Below are positions 20,081-29,890 of a DNA stretch of 64,000 nucleotides, one piece after another (within the stretch, counting starts at the first letter, position 1; every line of letters begins with the position of its first letter). Position numbers and translations under genes: made by a program. The notes under the pieces were generated by a model. It searched no databases. It was not told the DNA's origin and was given only the letters and a program-made list of their open reading frames with translations. Source of the stretch: an uncultured delta proteobacterium (lineage in GTDB: Bacteria > Myxococcota_A > Polyangia > Polyangiales > JAFGIB01); the NCBI GenBank assembly GCA_963778655.1, contig CAVZVA010000009.1, positions 1,472,001-1,536,000 of the forward strand, read 5' to 3'.

Positions 20081-22022
20081 TCAGCTGGCTTCTTCGGCGG
20101 CTTCGGGGCCGCTTTCGAGAATCCCCGTCGTCGGCGTCACCGTCGCCAGACGGCGCGCCAGTGGTCGGCGCGGCTCCGGCGGCGTCCTCGGCTTCGTCGT
20201 CCAGGGTCACTTCGCCCGCGGCTCGTAGCGTGGGGCGGCCTTCCAACTCGTCTTCGCCGTTCTCGCCGGGCGCGTCCCACGGATCGCGTTCGACCACCAG
20301 GCGGCTGGCTTCCGCAGCTTCCGGATCGAGCAGGTCGAGCGGGTCGGCCTGGTCCGGCGCTGCCGCGGCCGGCTCGGTCTCACCTTCTTCGCCGGTCTCC
20401 GGCCTGGCCGGTGCGCCGCGATCGGCCCCGCCCTGCGGGCCTCCGCGACCGCGCGCGCGCGGTTGGCGCTCATGGCGCTCGCGCGGTCCGTCCTCGCGCT
20501 CGCGCCGCGCCTGTCCGCTGTCGCCGAGCGATTCCAGCAGATCGAAGTCGATGTCGCACAGCGGCACGTAGTGCTCGCGCAGGCCAATCCCGAGCCGCTC
20601 CATCGCGCGCGCCAGGTCCGCGCCGCCGAACAGCGCGCACGGCGCCGCACCCTCGGCGGCCGCCTCCTCGCGCGCCGCGCCGTGGATGCGGCCGGTAGTC
20701 ACCAGCCAGGCGCCCGAGGCCGAGCCGTAGTGGTGCAACGAGCCGCGCGCCTCGATCACCGCCTCGCGGTCGAGATCGCGCCCCGCGCGCAGCACCACGA
20801 ACGCCAGCCGGTTCTCCTCGGCGCCGCGCCGCAACGTGCCCGCGAAGTGAAACTCGCGGCCCGAGCTGCCCGGCCTGCGCACCGCGCGTAGCGCAGTCAC
20901 GCCCTCCGCGTTGAGCCAGGTGGCGACCAGCTCTGCGAAGCCGGCGGCCGGCAAATCGTTGAGCCGGCCCACGAACGCGCGCCGCACCTGGTCGCGCTGC
21001 GCCTCGGCGTTGTGCTCCACCGCCTCGCTGCTGCGCACCGCCTCTCGGGGCAGCAGCCACTCGCTCAGGCTCACGCGCTGGCCGGCGATGCGAAAGCGCG
21101 GGCGTCCGTGCGCGCGATCGGCACGCGCCGCGTCCGCGCGCAGCGCCGCCGCCACGGTCGGCGCCAGCGCGTCCGGCGATCCGCTCAGCCGTCCCTTGCG
21201 CACCAGCAGGTCGGCCACGCGCGCGAAGCTCGCGGGGCTGCGATCGCCGCGCGAGAGCACGTGGTATGCCGCGTCGGCCAGATCCTTGCCCAGCAGATCG
21301 CCCTCGGCCGGCTGGCGCGAGAAGTCGAGCTCGGGTTGCATCGGCTCGCGCTCACGCTCGCGGCGCATCGGCTCGCGCTCGCGGCGCGCCTCGCGCTCGT
21401 GGCGCATCGGCTCGCGCTCGTGACGCATCGGCTCGCGCTCGTGGCGCACGGGCTCGCGCTCGTGACGCATCGGCTCGCGCTCGTGACGCATCGGCTCGCG
21501 CGCGCCGTTGCGACGCTCGCCGCCACCCGGCTGTCCTGCGCCCTCGGGCGCAGCCAGGTCGGCGCCGCCCTTGCCGCCGCGCCGCCGCCGCCGGCGCCGC
21601 CGCCTTCCGCGGTCCTCTCCCGCAGCGGCTTCCTCCTCCAGGCCAGCGAGGATCGGGAAGTCGTCGTCAGCCTCCTCCGGAAAGACGTCCGCGCCCGGCA
21701 TTGCGGGGCGCTCCGCCGGTGCGGCATTCGCTTCCGATTCGGTCGGGCCCGGCTCTTCGGAGGCGGGTGGGTTCGAAGCTTCCTTGTCTGTGTGCATAGT
21801 CGCCTCCCGCAGCGCGAACACGCCGGGTCTGACCTTGATGATTGGAGACTGCCCCCAATCCTTTTTCACCAGAGTCGCGAGTCGCGAGCTCATGGTTACC
21901 TCGGGGGTTTTCCCGACATGGGAAAGAAGATTTCCTGCGATTGCTAGCTCTGTGATCTTCTTGTAGTGGAGCGGTTCACCGGCGCTGCGGAGTACCTCCA
22001 GCGCCGCTTCCGTGAATGTCAT
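20081..22022 (-). CDS. HARE-HTH domain protein with a degenerate Mrr-like endonuclease domain and acidic tails (apparent +1 frameshift near 20120)
   Basis: MTFTEAALEVLR..GEPLHYKKITELAI...GKTPEVTMSSRL (HARE-HTH); second HTH LADAAYHVLS; Mrr-like FAELVATWL...GAWLVTTG. Removing one base near 20120 gives ...DLESGPEAAEEAS* at 20081; otherwise the ORF reads through to 19800, into meaB. Confidence 0.75.
21396..21500 (-). repeat. 5 x 21-nt coding tandem repeat (REPMRHE), with degenerate copies extending to about 21339
   Basis: ctcgt(g/a)(g/a)cgca(t/c)(c/g)ggctcgcg-type units visible directly. Confidence 0.9.
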
Positions 22023-22382
22023 CGAATGTTCTCGCAAAGTGGGGATGGGAAACCCTTGTGCTCGGGCGGCAAACCGCGGCGTGTGCCGGGCGATGACCCC
22101 AATCATCGACCACGGCGTGCGTATCGCGGGCTCCTGGCATGGACCACCGCGCGTACACCGCGCGGCCCATCGTGCTCGGTTCGAGGCTCACGAGGATTTC
22201 CAGGACTTGACCGTACCCAAACGTCCGAGGCCGCGTCTGAATCGACGGGAGCTCGGACAGCCCCCTAAGGGCGTACAGCCAGAATGTAACACCGCCGGGG
22301 GGCCGGGGCAATTGCCGCGGCTTTGCGCGGCGTTCGGGGCCGGGGCGCGGACCTCGCGCCCGGCACAAGCGGCCGGTTCGCG

Positions 22383-22446
22383 AAAAGGAGCCGCGGAACG
22401 CGGCCCCGCGTGGGGAGCGGCCGCGCGTGCCGCCCCTCGTAAATGA
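22383..22446 (-). repeat. Family C element (short form)
   Basis: Reverse complement reads ggggcggcacgcgc...cacgcggggccgcgttccgcggc, matching both ends of 6941-7025. Confidence 0.7.
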
Positions 22447-22559
22447 TCAGGCACCCCCCCCAGGTTTTTTGACCGAGATCAGCCGCTCCTGTACTCGGAA
22501 ATGAGGCCTGAAAAGCCGCGTATCGGGCCGACCGCTGCGCGTCCGACGAAGGGAACAGC

Positions 22560-23567
22560 ATGAGGCACAAGCGCGTTGGAATCCTGATGGGGGGCATGAG
22601 CGCAGAACACGAAGTCTCGATCGCCAGCGGGGAGGCGATCTACGCCGCCCTGACCGGACGTGGCTATGGCGCCACCCGCGTCTTCGTCGATCGCGACATC
22701 GACCGCGTGCTGCGCCAGGAGGAGATCGACGTGGCGTTCCTCGCGCTGCATGGCTCGTACGGCGAGGACGGCTGCATCCAAGGGCTGCTCGAAGTGCTGG
22801 AGATCCCGTACACCGGACCGGGCGTGACCGAGAGCGCGCTGGCGATGGACAAGCTCAAGTCCAAGGAGCTGTTCCGGCTGCACAACGTGCCCACGCCTCC
22901 GTACTACGCGCTCGACGCCGATCTGCTCGAGAAGCTCGAGGAGATTCACGGCTCGTTCGGCTACCCGGCTTTCGTCAAGCCGCGCAGGCAGGGCTCCAGC
23001 ATCGGCGCGGGCCGCGCCGACGACGCGGCCGCGCTGCGCGAGCGTTGCGAGGAGGCGCTGCGTTTCGATCGGCACGTGATCGTCGAACGCCACGTCGAAG
23101 GCCGCGAGGTTGCGGTCGGCTTGCTCGACGGGCGGGCGCTGGGGGCGATCGAGATCGCGCCCAAGCGCGGGTTCTACGATTACAGGGCCAAGTACCAGCC
23201 CGGCCACAGCGAGTACTTCGCGCCGCCGCGCATCGGCGCCACCCGGTTGCAGAACGTGCTGCGCATCGCCGAGCGCGCGGCCCACGCCCTGGGCGTGGAC
23301 GGTGCGGTGCGCGCGGACATGCTGGTGACCGAGGGCGAAAACGAGTACGTGCTGGAGCTCAACACGCTGCCGGGCATGACCCCGACCTCGCTGCTGCCCA
23401 AGATCGCCCGCCCCGCCGGCTACGACTTCGGCGACCTGTGCGAGCTGATCCTGGCGCGCGCTGCGCTCAAGAGCCCCCGCGGAATCGAAGCCCCGCAGGC
23501 TCTCGAACGCGAGCCGCAGGCGCTCAACGCCCGCGACCCCGCCGCCTTCATCACCAGCGCCGGCTGA
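22560..23567 (+). CDS. ddl: D-alanine--D-alanine ligase
   Basis: GGMSAEHEVS, LHGSYGEDG, AMDK, GSSIG, FYDYRAKY, LELNTLPGMT. Confidence 0.96.
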   Translation: MRHKRVGILMGGMSAEHEVSIASGEAIYAALTGRGYGATRVFVDRDIDRVLRQEEIDVAFLALHGSYGEDGCIQGLLEVLEIPYTGPGVTESALAMDKLKSKELFRLHNVPTPPYYALDADLLEKLEEIHGSFGYPAFVKPRRQGSSIGAGRADDAAALRERCEEALRFDRHVIVERHVEGREVAVGLLDGRALGAIEIAPKRGFYDYRAKYQPGHSEYFAPPRIGATRLQNVLRIAERAAHALGVDGAVRADMLVTEGENEYVLELNTLPGMTPTSLLPKIARPAGYDFGDLCELILARAALKSPRGIEAPQALEREPQALNARDPAAFITSAG

Positions 23568-23659
23568 AGCGCGCTTGCGCCTGTTCCCTCCCGCGATCGG
23601 CTGTTTCGCAACGAGAAGGCGGGAAGAACGGGGACCCCGGAAGCTCGTTCCGTGAAGAG

Positions 23660-23745
23660 AAGAGCCGCGAAGCGGCCTCGCGTGGGGGTGGGCCCCGGCG
23701 AGCTTTGCTCGACGGGCGGGGGCGGCGCGTGCCGCTCCCGATATG
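23660..23745 (-). repeat. Family C element
   Basis: Reverse complement gcggcacgcgccgcccc...gccggggccc..cacgcgaggccgcttcgcggc is colinear with 6941-7025. A family A half-site lies at 23609-23626. Confidence 0.7.
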
Positions 23746-23802
23746 AGAAGAAGCTAGGGTTCATCGGTTCGGAAGGCCGGAACGGACTTACGAGCTGATG
23801 TG

Positions 23803-25506
23803 CTAGCGCGACATCACCATGAGCCAGGCGTCCGCTTGCTGCGCGTCGCTGGTCACGCGTAGCTCGAGGGGGCCCGTGAGGTGGGCTTGCGCGTCCTGCG
23901 CGCACACGCGCGCGGGCTCGCCCTCCTCGACCGTCGTCTCGCGCTGCTTGCCGGCGAACAACACCTGGCCGTGCGCGCTCGGCTCGCTCGAGAGCAGGTA
24001 AAGCCGTACGCAGTGCGCCTGCTCCGGCGCCAGCTCGAGCGAGACGGCATGGTCGCGCCGCAGCTCCAGATGGCGCGGCCACGCCTTGGCCGGCGTATAG
24101 CCGAGGTCGCGCGCCTGGCGCAGCGCCTGCAGCATGGCGGCGGTTACCACGTCGTCCGCGCCGGCGGGCGCCAGCGCCGCGAGCGAGGCCTCGTGCACGC
24201 GCAGCGCGTATGGGCCTGCGCCCGCCTCGGCGCGCGCCTGCAAGCTGAGCTCGCGCCCGGCGGCGCTGCACACGTGCACATAGGTGGTGTCGCTCGCGCC
24301 CTCGGCGCGCGCCAGGGTGCGGCCGGCGCCGTCGGTCGCGAGCAGCTCGAGCCGGCGCACGCCGGGGCCGCCCACGGCGTCGATGCGCGCGCACTTGCGG
24401 GCGCCCAGGTTGAAGGCCTGCTCGACCACCTCGCTCTGCGTGAGCCGGCCCTGGCGCAGCGTGCGTCCTGGCTTGTAGCCGTCTTGCAGCGCGCGCTGGC
24501 TGAGCTCGGCGACCACCTCGCCCAGCGGGCGCGCCGAGGCGTTGGCCAGCGGGCGCTCGCCCAGCCACAGCCCGCTCTGCCCGCCGATGATCGCTGCGTC
24601 CACGTGGAACATCAGCAGCAACGCGTTGCCAGCGCCCTTGACCGCGCGCAGCTCGGCTGCGAACTCCGCGCTGCGGTCGGCGCAAAACTGGACGCCGGCG
24701 TCCTGCTCCTTGGAGGCGTCACGCGCAATCTCGCTGCCCTCCTCATCCAGCACGCGCAGGTCCACGTTGCCGAGCCCGTCGAGCGCAAAGCCGGCGGCCG
24801 TGTAGCACTGCCCGGGCTGCACCACGAGCGGCACGCGCACCGCCTGCTTCTGCGCCAGCGTCACCTGCAGCGGCGCCTCGAGCGGCTGGAAGCCGCGGCG
24901 CTGCAGCCCGTCGCGGAAGGCCGAAACGCGTCCGGGCCCATCCGGCTCGGCGTGTCCCAGTCGCGCCACGGCCGCGCGTGCACCGAGCAGCTTGGCCGCG
25001 GTCTCGAGCGTCGACTGCTGGCCCAGGAAGCCGGCCATCAGGAAGCTGCCCGCGCCCTCGTAGACCTGCAGCGCGTAGTACAGCGTATGCGGCTCGCCGC
25101 CGGTGCAGACCTGGAGCGTCGGATGCGCGTCGGGTTGCGAGTCGACCGCCAGCAGGTCGCCGTCGGGGCTGTACAGCGCGGCGTCCATGTCGTGCACGCC
25201 GGGCGAGGCGATCGCGATCAGCGTGAAGCAGCTGCGCGCCGGCAGCTCGAGTGCGTGCGTGGCGCGCGCGCCCGCGGTCAGAAAGCCGCGGAACACCTCC
25301 TGTCCGGGCTTGAGCCCCGCGCCCTCGAGCTGTTGCGCGATCGCGCGCATCGAGCGCGACAGCACGTCGTCGCTGCCGCGCCAGGGGTTGTCCTCGGCCG
25401 CGACGTCGCGCAGGTGCAGCGTGGCCGCGCGCGGAGGCGCCGCGGCGCAGCCTGCGCCGAGCAGCGCCAGGGTGAGCCACAGGCGGTGGTGCGCGCGAGG
25501 GCTCAT
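23803..25506 (-). CDS. Putative lipoprotein with repeated PPC-like beta-sandwich modules
   Basis: Start MSPRAHHR; lipobox LGAG-C; about 4 modules of C-x-D(M/V)D-x-DG-x-A-x-C. The long N-terminal extension in the ORF track is shadow sequence. Confidence 0.7.
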   Translation of the reverse strand: MSPRAHHRLWLTLALLGAGCAAAPPRAATLHLRDVAAEDNPWRGSDDVLSRSMRAIAQQLEGAGLKPGQEVFRGFLTAGARATHALELPARSCFTLIAIASPGVHDMDAALYSPDGDLLAVDSQPDAHPTLQVCTGGEPHTLYYALQVYEGAGSFLMAGFLGQQSTLETAAKLLGARAAVARLGHAEPDGPGRVSAFRDGLQRRGFQPLEAPLQVTLAQKQAVRVPLVVQPGQCYTAAGFALDGLGNVDLRVLDEEGSEIARDASKEQDAGVQFCADRSAEFAAELRAVKGAGNALLLMFHVDAAIIGGQSGLWLGERPLANASARPLGEVVAELSQRALQDGYKPGRTLRQGRLTQSEVVEQAFNLGARKCARIDAVGGPGVRRLELLATDGAGRTLARAEGASDTTYVHVCSAAGRELSLQARAEAGAGPYALRVHEASLAALAPAGADDVVTAAMLQALRQARDLGYTPAKAWPRHLELRRDHAVSLELAPEQAHCVRLYLLSSEPSAHGQVLFAGKQRETTVEEGEPARVCAQDAQAHLTGPLELRVTSDAQQADAWLMVMSR

Positions 25507-26831
25507 CGGGCCGCCTCGGCCAGCGCCGCGCCCGGCGCTTCCTGGGCGAGCAACAGCAGAAAGCGCGCGGGTCGCCGGATCTCGTGCGCCTGCATCACGG
25601 CCCGCGCGCGCTCGTCGCGTTGCGCGCAGTGAAACACCAGCGGGTCGGGATTGGGGCCGATTTCGGCGGCCAGCAGCCGGCCTTCGCCGTCGACCAGGCT
25701 CATGTCGAGGTCCCCGCCGGAGAAATCGGCGCTGGCGATCGCACCCACCGCGTAGCAGCGGCCCGCGCGCAGTTGCAGCGGCACCGACTGCGTGCCTTCC
25801 GGCTGCAGCAGCCCCCAGGTCACCGGCGTGGCACGCATGCCGCGCGCGTCGAGCCGCGCCCGCATCTCGGCGTATGGGATGCGGGTGTCGTTGTCGATGC
25901 CCGCGGGCAGCGGTCCTGGCGGCTCGGTCAGCTCGAAGCTCTGCACCACGTAGCTGCCGGCACCGCGGTACATGCGCACGTCGAGCACGTAGGTCGACGT
26001 GCGGTCGGGGCAAATCTTGACCACGGCGTCGCGCACGCGCGTCACGTCGGCCGCCACCAGCGAAGCCGAGTCGGAGATCGACAGCAGGCGCATGTCGATG
26101 TCCTCCACGTCGCCGTCGCCGACCGCGGCCAGCGCGTAGCAGTGGCTGCCGTCGAGCGCGACGCGCCGCACCTCCCGCCGGCGCTCGGGCAGCCCGCCGA
26201 ACAGCACGCCGCCCTCGAGCCGATAGCCGAGCGTCGAGAGCTGCTTGACGACCGAGGTCATCTCTACGTCGATCGGCGGGCCCAGCGGCTCGGGGCCAAC
26301 GTCGATCAAGTCGGGCCGGGGGTCGCCGGTGCTCATGCAAGTGGCCATGATCGACTCGAGCGCGTCCAGTTTCGGCGGCGCGTTCCACAGCGGCACCAGC
26401 TGGAACTCGCCGTCGCCGTCGAGCATGCGCACCTGCGCCACGAAGCGCCGGCCGCCCTTGCCGCAGAAGCGCGCATAAGCGTGCGCGCCGCGCGCCTCGT
26501 CCTCTGCCAGCACGCGCCCGCTGGGCGCGTACAGCGAGAGGCCCAGGCGCTGCACCTCGCGGTGCCCCACCGCCAGCACACCGAGACACCCGTCCTCGGG
26601 CAGCGCGAACGGATAGCTGCGCTCGTCGCCAGTCAGCATGAAGTCGACCGCGGGCGTGCCCGAGGGTCGAGCGCCCTGCGTGCGCGCGGCGTTGATCGCG
26701 CGCTCGACGCATGCTCGCAGCGTGCCCTGGGCCTGGGCCGCAGCGCTCGCGGGCGCGAGCGCCAACAGCAGCGCAGGCAATGCGCCCCGCGCCCAACGTT
26801 CGGCGCGGGTTTGCGAGGCGCGGAGCTCCAT
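25503..26831 (-). CDS. Secreted protein with repeated PPC-like modules
   Basis: Signal peptide LLLALAPASAAA-Q; 3 modules such as CYALAAVGDGDVEDIDMRL and CYAVGAI...DLDMSLVDGEG. Confidence 0.7.
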   Translation of the reverse strand: MELRASQTRAERWARGALPALLLALAPASAAAQAQGTLRACVERAINAARTQGARPSGTPAVDFMLTGDERSYPFALPEDGCLGVLAVGHREVQRLGLSLYAPSGRVLAEDEARGAHAYARFCGKGGRRFVAQVRMLDGDGEFQLVPLWNAPPKLDALESIMATCMSTGDPRPDLIDVGPEPLGPPIDVEMTSVVKQLSTLGYRLEGGVLFGGLPERRREVRRVALDGSHCYALAAVGDGDVEDIDMRLLSISDSASLVAADVTRVRDAVVKICPDRTSTYVLDVRMYRGAGSYVVQSFELTEPPGPLPAGIDNDTRIPYAEMRARLDARGMRATPVTWGLLQPEGTQSVPLQLRAGRCYAVGAIASADFSGGDLDMSLVDGEGRLLAAEIGPNPDPLVFHCAQRDERARAVMQAHEIRRPARFLLLLAQEAPGAALAEAAR

Positions 26832-26951
26832 GTTCGTGCGGCGCGGGGAGTGGATCCCCTGACTCCAAGGGTAGCGCCAAATGGGGCCTGCTGGGGGCCG
26901 AAGCGTGAGATCGGGTCGTGCGGACCCGGACCTACAGAGGGGCCCGAGTTC

Positions 26952-26980
26952 TTGCAATTTCCGATAGGATAATGTAGATT
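26952..26980 (+). promoter_or_regulatory. Putative sigma70 promoter of the sulfur operon (may overlap an Rrf2 operator)
   Basis: TTGCAA-N17-TAGATT in an AT-rich patch 11 nt before the Rrf2 ATG. Confidence 0.45.
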
Positions 26981-26991
26981 TAGCTCCCCTG

Positions 26992-27438
26992 ATGAAGCTT
27001 TCCAGCAAGGGCCGCTACGCGGTGCAGGCGGTGTTCGATCTCGCCTACCACGCGGAGGGCAAGGCCGCGCAGATCAGGGACATCTGCGCCCGCCAGAGCA
27101 TTCCCTCCCGCTTCTTGGAGCAGGTGTTCCGCGATCTCAAGCGGGCCGGCATCGTGCGCTCGAAACGCGGCCCGCGCGGCGGCTACGAGCTGGCCCGACC
27201 GGTGACCGAGCTGGGGCTGGGCGACGTGGTGCGCGCCATCGAAGGCCCCACCGTGCTCGGCAGCGCGGAGCTGCGCGGGCGCGGCAGCAGCCACGAGCTT
27301 CTGCGCGACGTGCTGGGCACGGTGGCCAAGCGCATCGAAGCCTGCCTGGACGAGGTCACGGTCGCGGACCTGTGCGCCCGCGCGGAGCAACTGGGGGTGG
27401 CGCACGGCACCGCCACTCGCTACGTCTACGCGATCTGA
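26992..27438 (+). CDS. Rrf2-family regulator, CymR-like
   Basis: MKLSSKGRYAV, FLEQVF..LKRAGIV.S.RGPRGGY.LA; lacks the IscR three-Cys cluster; precedes cysK. Confidence 0.9.
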   Translation: MKLSSKGRYAVQAVFDLAYHAEGKAAQIRDICARQSIPSRFLEQVFRDLKRAGIVRSKRGPRGGYELARPVTELGLGDVVRAIEGPTVLGSAELRGRGSSHELLRDVLGTVAKRIEACLDEVTVADLCARAEQLGVAHGTATRYVYAI

Positions 27439-27445
27439 GTGCCCC

Positions 27446-28381
27446 ATGGCCGCTGAACCCTCAGCCAGAGTGGTCGAGAGCGTGCTCGAGCTGATCGGCG
27501 ACACCCCGCTGGTACGGCTGGGCGCGCTCGGTGGCGAGCGCGGCGCCACGGTGTGGGCCAAATGCGAGCAGCTCAACCCGGGCGGCTCGGTCAAGGACCG
27601 CATCTGCCTGGCGATGCTGGAGGCCGCCGAGCGCGACGGGCGCATCGGGCCCGGCTCGACGCTGGTGGAGTCGACCTCCGGCAACACCGGCATCGGCCTG
27701 GCGCTGGTGTGCGCGGTCAAGGGCTACCAGCTGGTGCTGACCATGCCCGAGAGCATGTCGCTCGAGCGGCGCGCGCTGCTCGAGGCGTACGGCGCGGAGA
27801 TCGTGCTGACGCCGGCCGAGCAGGTGATGGACGGCGCGATCGAGGCGGCCGAGGAGATCGCGCGCGCGCGCGGCGCGTTCATGCCCATGCAGTTCGACAA
27901 TCCCGCCAACCCCGAAGTGCACCGCGCGCGCACCGCGGGCGAGATCCTCGAGGCCATGGGCGACGAGCGGGTGGCGGCGTTCGTGGCCGCGGTGGGAACG
28001 GGCGGCACCGCGAGCGGCGTGGGCGCGCGGCTCAAGGCGCACGACCGGCGCACGCGCGTGATCGCGGTCGAGCCGGAGAGCAGCCCGGTGCTCTCGGGCG
28101 GCGAGCCGGGTCCCACCAAGATCCAGGGCATCGGTGCCGGCTTCGTGCCGCGCAATTTCGATCGCGCGGTGGTCGACGAGATCCGCCAGGTCAAGGACCG
28201 CGACGCCTACGAGATGAAGCGACGTCTGGCGCGCGAGCAAGGCTTGCTGGTCGGCATCAGCGCCGGCGCCAACGCGCACGTGGCGGCCGAGGTCGCGCGC
28301 GAGCTCGGCCCCGACGAGCACGTGGTCACCGTGCTGTGCGACACGGGCGAGCGCTACTTCAGCCTCGACGAGTACTTCTGA
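27446..28381 (+). CDS. cysK: Cysteine synthase A
   Basis: NPGGSVKDR, ESTSGNTGIG, QFDNPAN, GTGGT, IQGIGAGF, GERY. Confidence 0.94.
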   Translation: MAAEPSARVVESVLELIGDTPLVRLGALGGERGATVWAKCEQLNPGGSVKDRICLAMLEAAERDGRIGPGSTLVESTSGNTGIGLALVCAVKGYQLVLTMPESMSLERRALLEAYGAEIVLTPAEQVMDGAIEAAEEIARARGAFMPMQFDNPANPEVHRARTAGEILEAMGDERVAAFVAAVGTGGTASGVGARLKAHDRRTRVIAVEPESSPVLSGGEPGPTKIQGIGAGFVPRNFDRAVVDEIRQVKDRDAYEMKRRLAREQGLLVGISAGANAHVAAEVARELGPDEHVVTVLCDTGERYFSLDEYF

Positions 28382-29112
28382 TGAGCTTGCGCGAGACACA
28401 CGCGCTGATCGTGGGCGCCGGCGGCCTGGGCTGCCCGGCCGCACGCGTGCTGGTGCGCGCCGGGGTCGGCCGGCTCACGCTGCTCGATGACGAGCGCGTG
28501 GACGAGAGCAACCTGCACCGGCAGACGCTCTACGAGCCGTCCGACGTGGGCCGGGCCAAGACCGAGGCGGCGCGGGCGCGGCTGCTGCAGGAGGCCGCCG
28601 CGCGCGGCCGGACCTGCGAGGTCGTTGCACGTGAAATCCGGGTCACCCCGGAGCATGCCGTGCAGCTCGTCGGGGGCCACGACGTGGTGCTCGACGGGAC
28701 CGACAATTTCGCCAGCAAATTCCTGCTCGCTGACGCCTGTGCCCTGGCCGGCGTGCCACTGGTGCAAGCTGGCGCCGTGCGCTGGGTGGGCTGGGTCATG
28801 GGCGCCCTGCCCGGCCGCAGCGCGTGCCTGCGCTGCGTGTTCGAGGACGTCCCGCGCGGGCGCGAGGACACCTGCGCCGCGTCCGGCGTGGTCGGCCCCG
28901 TGGTGGGGGTGATCGCCGCGCAGCAGGCACTGATCGCACTGCGGCTGCTGCGCGGGGAGGCGGCCGCCGCGGGCGTGCTCTACAGCTACGACGGGCTGGC
29001 GGGCGCGTTCCGCGGAAGGTCGGTATCGCGACAACCACGCTGCCCGCTGTGCAGCGGAATCATCAAGGATACGGAGCTTGCGCGTTACGCGACTCCGGAG
29101 CACGCGGCGTAA
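28381..29112 (+). CDS. MoeB/ThiF-family E1-like adenylyltransferase lacking the N-terminal Arg-finger segment
   Basis: GAGGLG, DDERVDESNLHRQ, DGTDNF, CLRC, TCAASGVVGP, CPLC; ATG overlaps the cysK stop; no rhodanese domain. Confidence 0.9.
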   Translation: MSLRETHALIVGAGGLGCPAARVLVRAGVGRLTLLDDERVDESNLHRQTLYEPSDVGRAKTEAARARLLQEAAARGRTCEVVAREIRVTPEHAVQLVGGHDVVLDGTDNFASKFLLADACALAGVPLVQAGAVRWVGWVMGALPGRSACLRCVFEDVPRGREDTCAASGVVGPVVGVIAAQQALIALRLLRGEAAAAGVLYSYDGLAGAFRGRSVSRQPRCPLCSGIIKDTELARYATPEHAA

Positions 29113-29147
29113 GCGAGCACGACGAAAACGAGGAGAGGAGCCGAGCG

Positions 29148-29420
29148 ATGGCAGTCAAAGTCAGAGTCCCCACGCCCCTGCGAACCCTGACCGGGGGCAA
29201 GGACGAAATCGAAGCCAAGGGCAGCACCGTGCGCGAGGTGATCGACGACCTCGAGCGCAACTACCCGGGCATGAAGGATCGCCTGTGCGACGAGAAGGGC
29301 GTGCGGCGCTTCGTCAACATCTACCAGAACGAGGAAGACATCCGTTTCCTCGACAGTCTGGAGACCGCGGTCAAGGACGGCGATTCGATCAGCATCGTGC
29401 CCGCGATCGCAGGAGGCTGA
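29148..29420 (+). CDS. Ubiquitin-like sulfur carrier (CysO/MoaD/SAMP family)
   Basis: VRVPTPLR, FVNIYQNEEDIRF, C-terminal PAIAGG; strong RBS AGGAGAGGAG. Confidence 0.95.
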   Translation: MAVKVRVPTPLRTLTGGKDEIEAKGSTVREVIDDLERNYPGMKDRLCDEKGVRRFVNIYQNEEDIRFLDSLETAVKDGDSISIVPAIAGG

Positions 29421-29427
29421 ACGCAGC

Positions 29428-29817
29428 ATGCTGTCTCCCGCCGCGCGCCGCCGCTACACCCGCCACTTGCTGCTCTCCGAGATCGGCGAGGCCGGACAGG
29501 AGCGTCTGTGCGCGGCTCAGGTGCGCGCCGCGCCTGCGGCCGACGCGCGCGCGGCCGAGGTCGCGCTCGATTACCTGGCGCGCGCGGGGCTAGGCGTGAG
29601 CGCGGATGGCGCGCAAACAGCAACCGCGATCGCGCTCTTGCTGCCCTCGCCCGAGCAGCTGCGCGGGCTTGCGGGCGATGCCGCGCTCGAGGAAGCGGCG
29701 GCCGCGCTGAGCGGCGCGTTCGCGGCGGTCGAAGCGATCAAGCAGGCGCTCGGAGTCGGTTCGCCCGCGGCGCTGCCAGTGATGCTTGCTCCTCCTGCAG
29801 GGAAGGCGAAGCCATGA
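29428..29817 (+). CDS. Minimal, catalytically inactive MoeB/ThiF-like protein
   Basis: RYTRHLLLSEIGEAGQERL, ALDYLARAGLG and GAFAAVEAIKQALG match MoeB segments; no GxGxxG, SNLxRQ or Zn cysteines. Confidence 0.75.
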   Translation: MLSPAARRRYTRHLLLSEIGEAGQERLCAAQVRAAPAADARAAEVALDYLARAGLGVSADGAQTATAIALLLPSPEQLRGLAGDAALEEAAAALSGAFAAVEAIKQALGVGSPAALPVMLAPPAGKAKP

Positions 29818-29890
29818 CGGTGACGCGCGAGCGCAGCGACGCGCAGCGAGCCCTGCGGAAGGGGCGCGTGACCTTGCCGGTAACAAAGCC

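Noticed and set aside
21339..21500. Possible CRISPR array
   Set aside because: Head-to-tail 21-nt coding repeats with no spacers and no cas genes.
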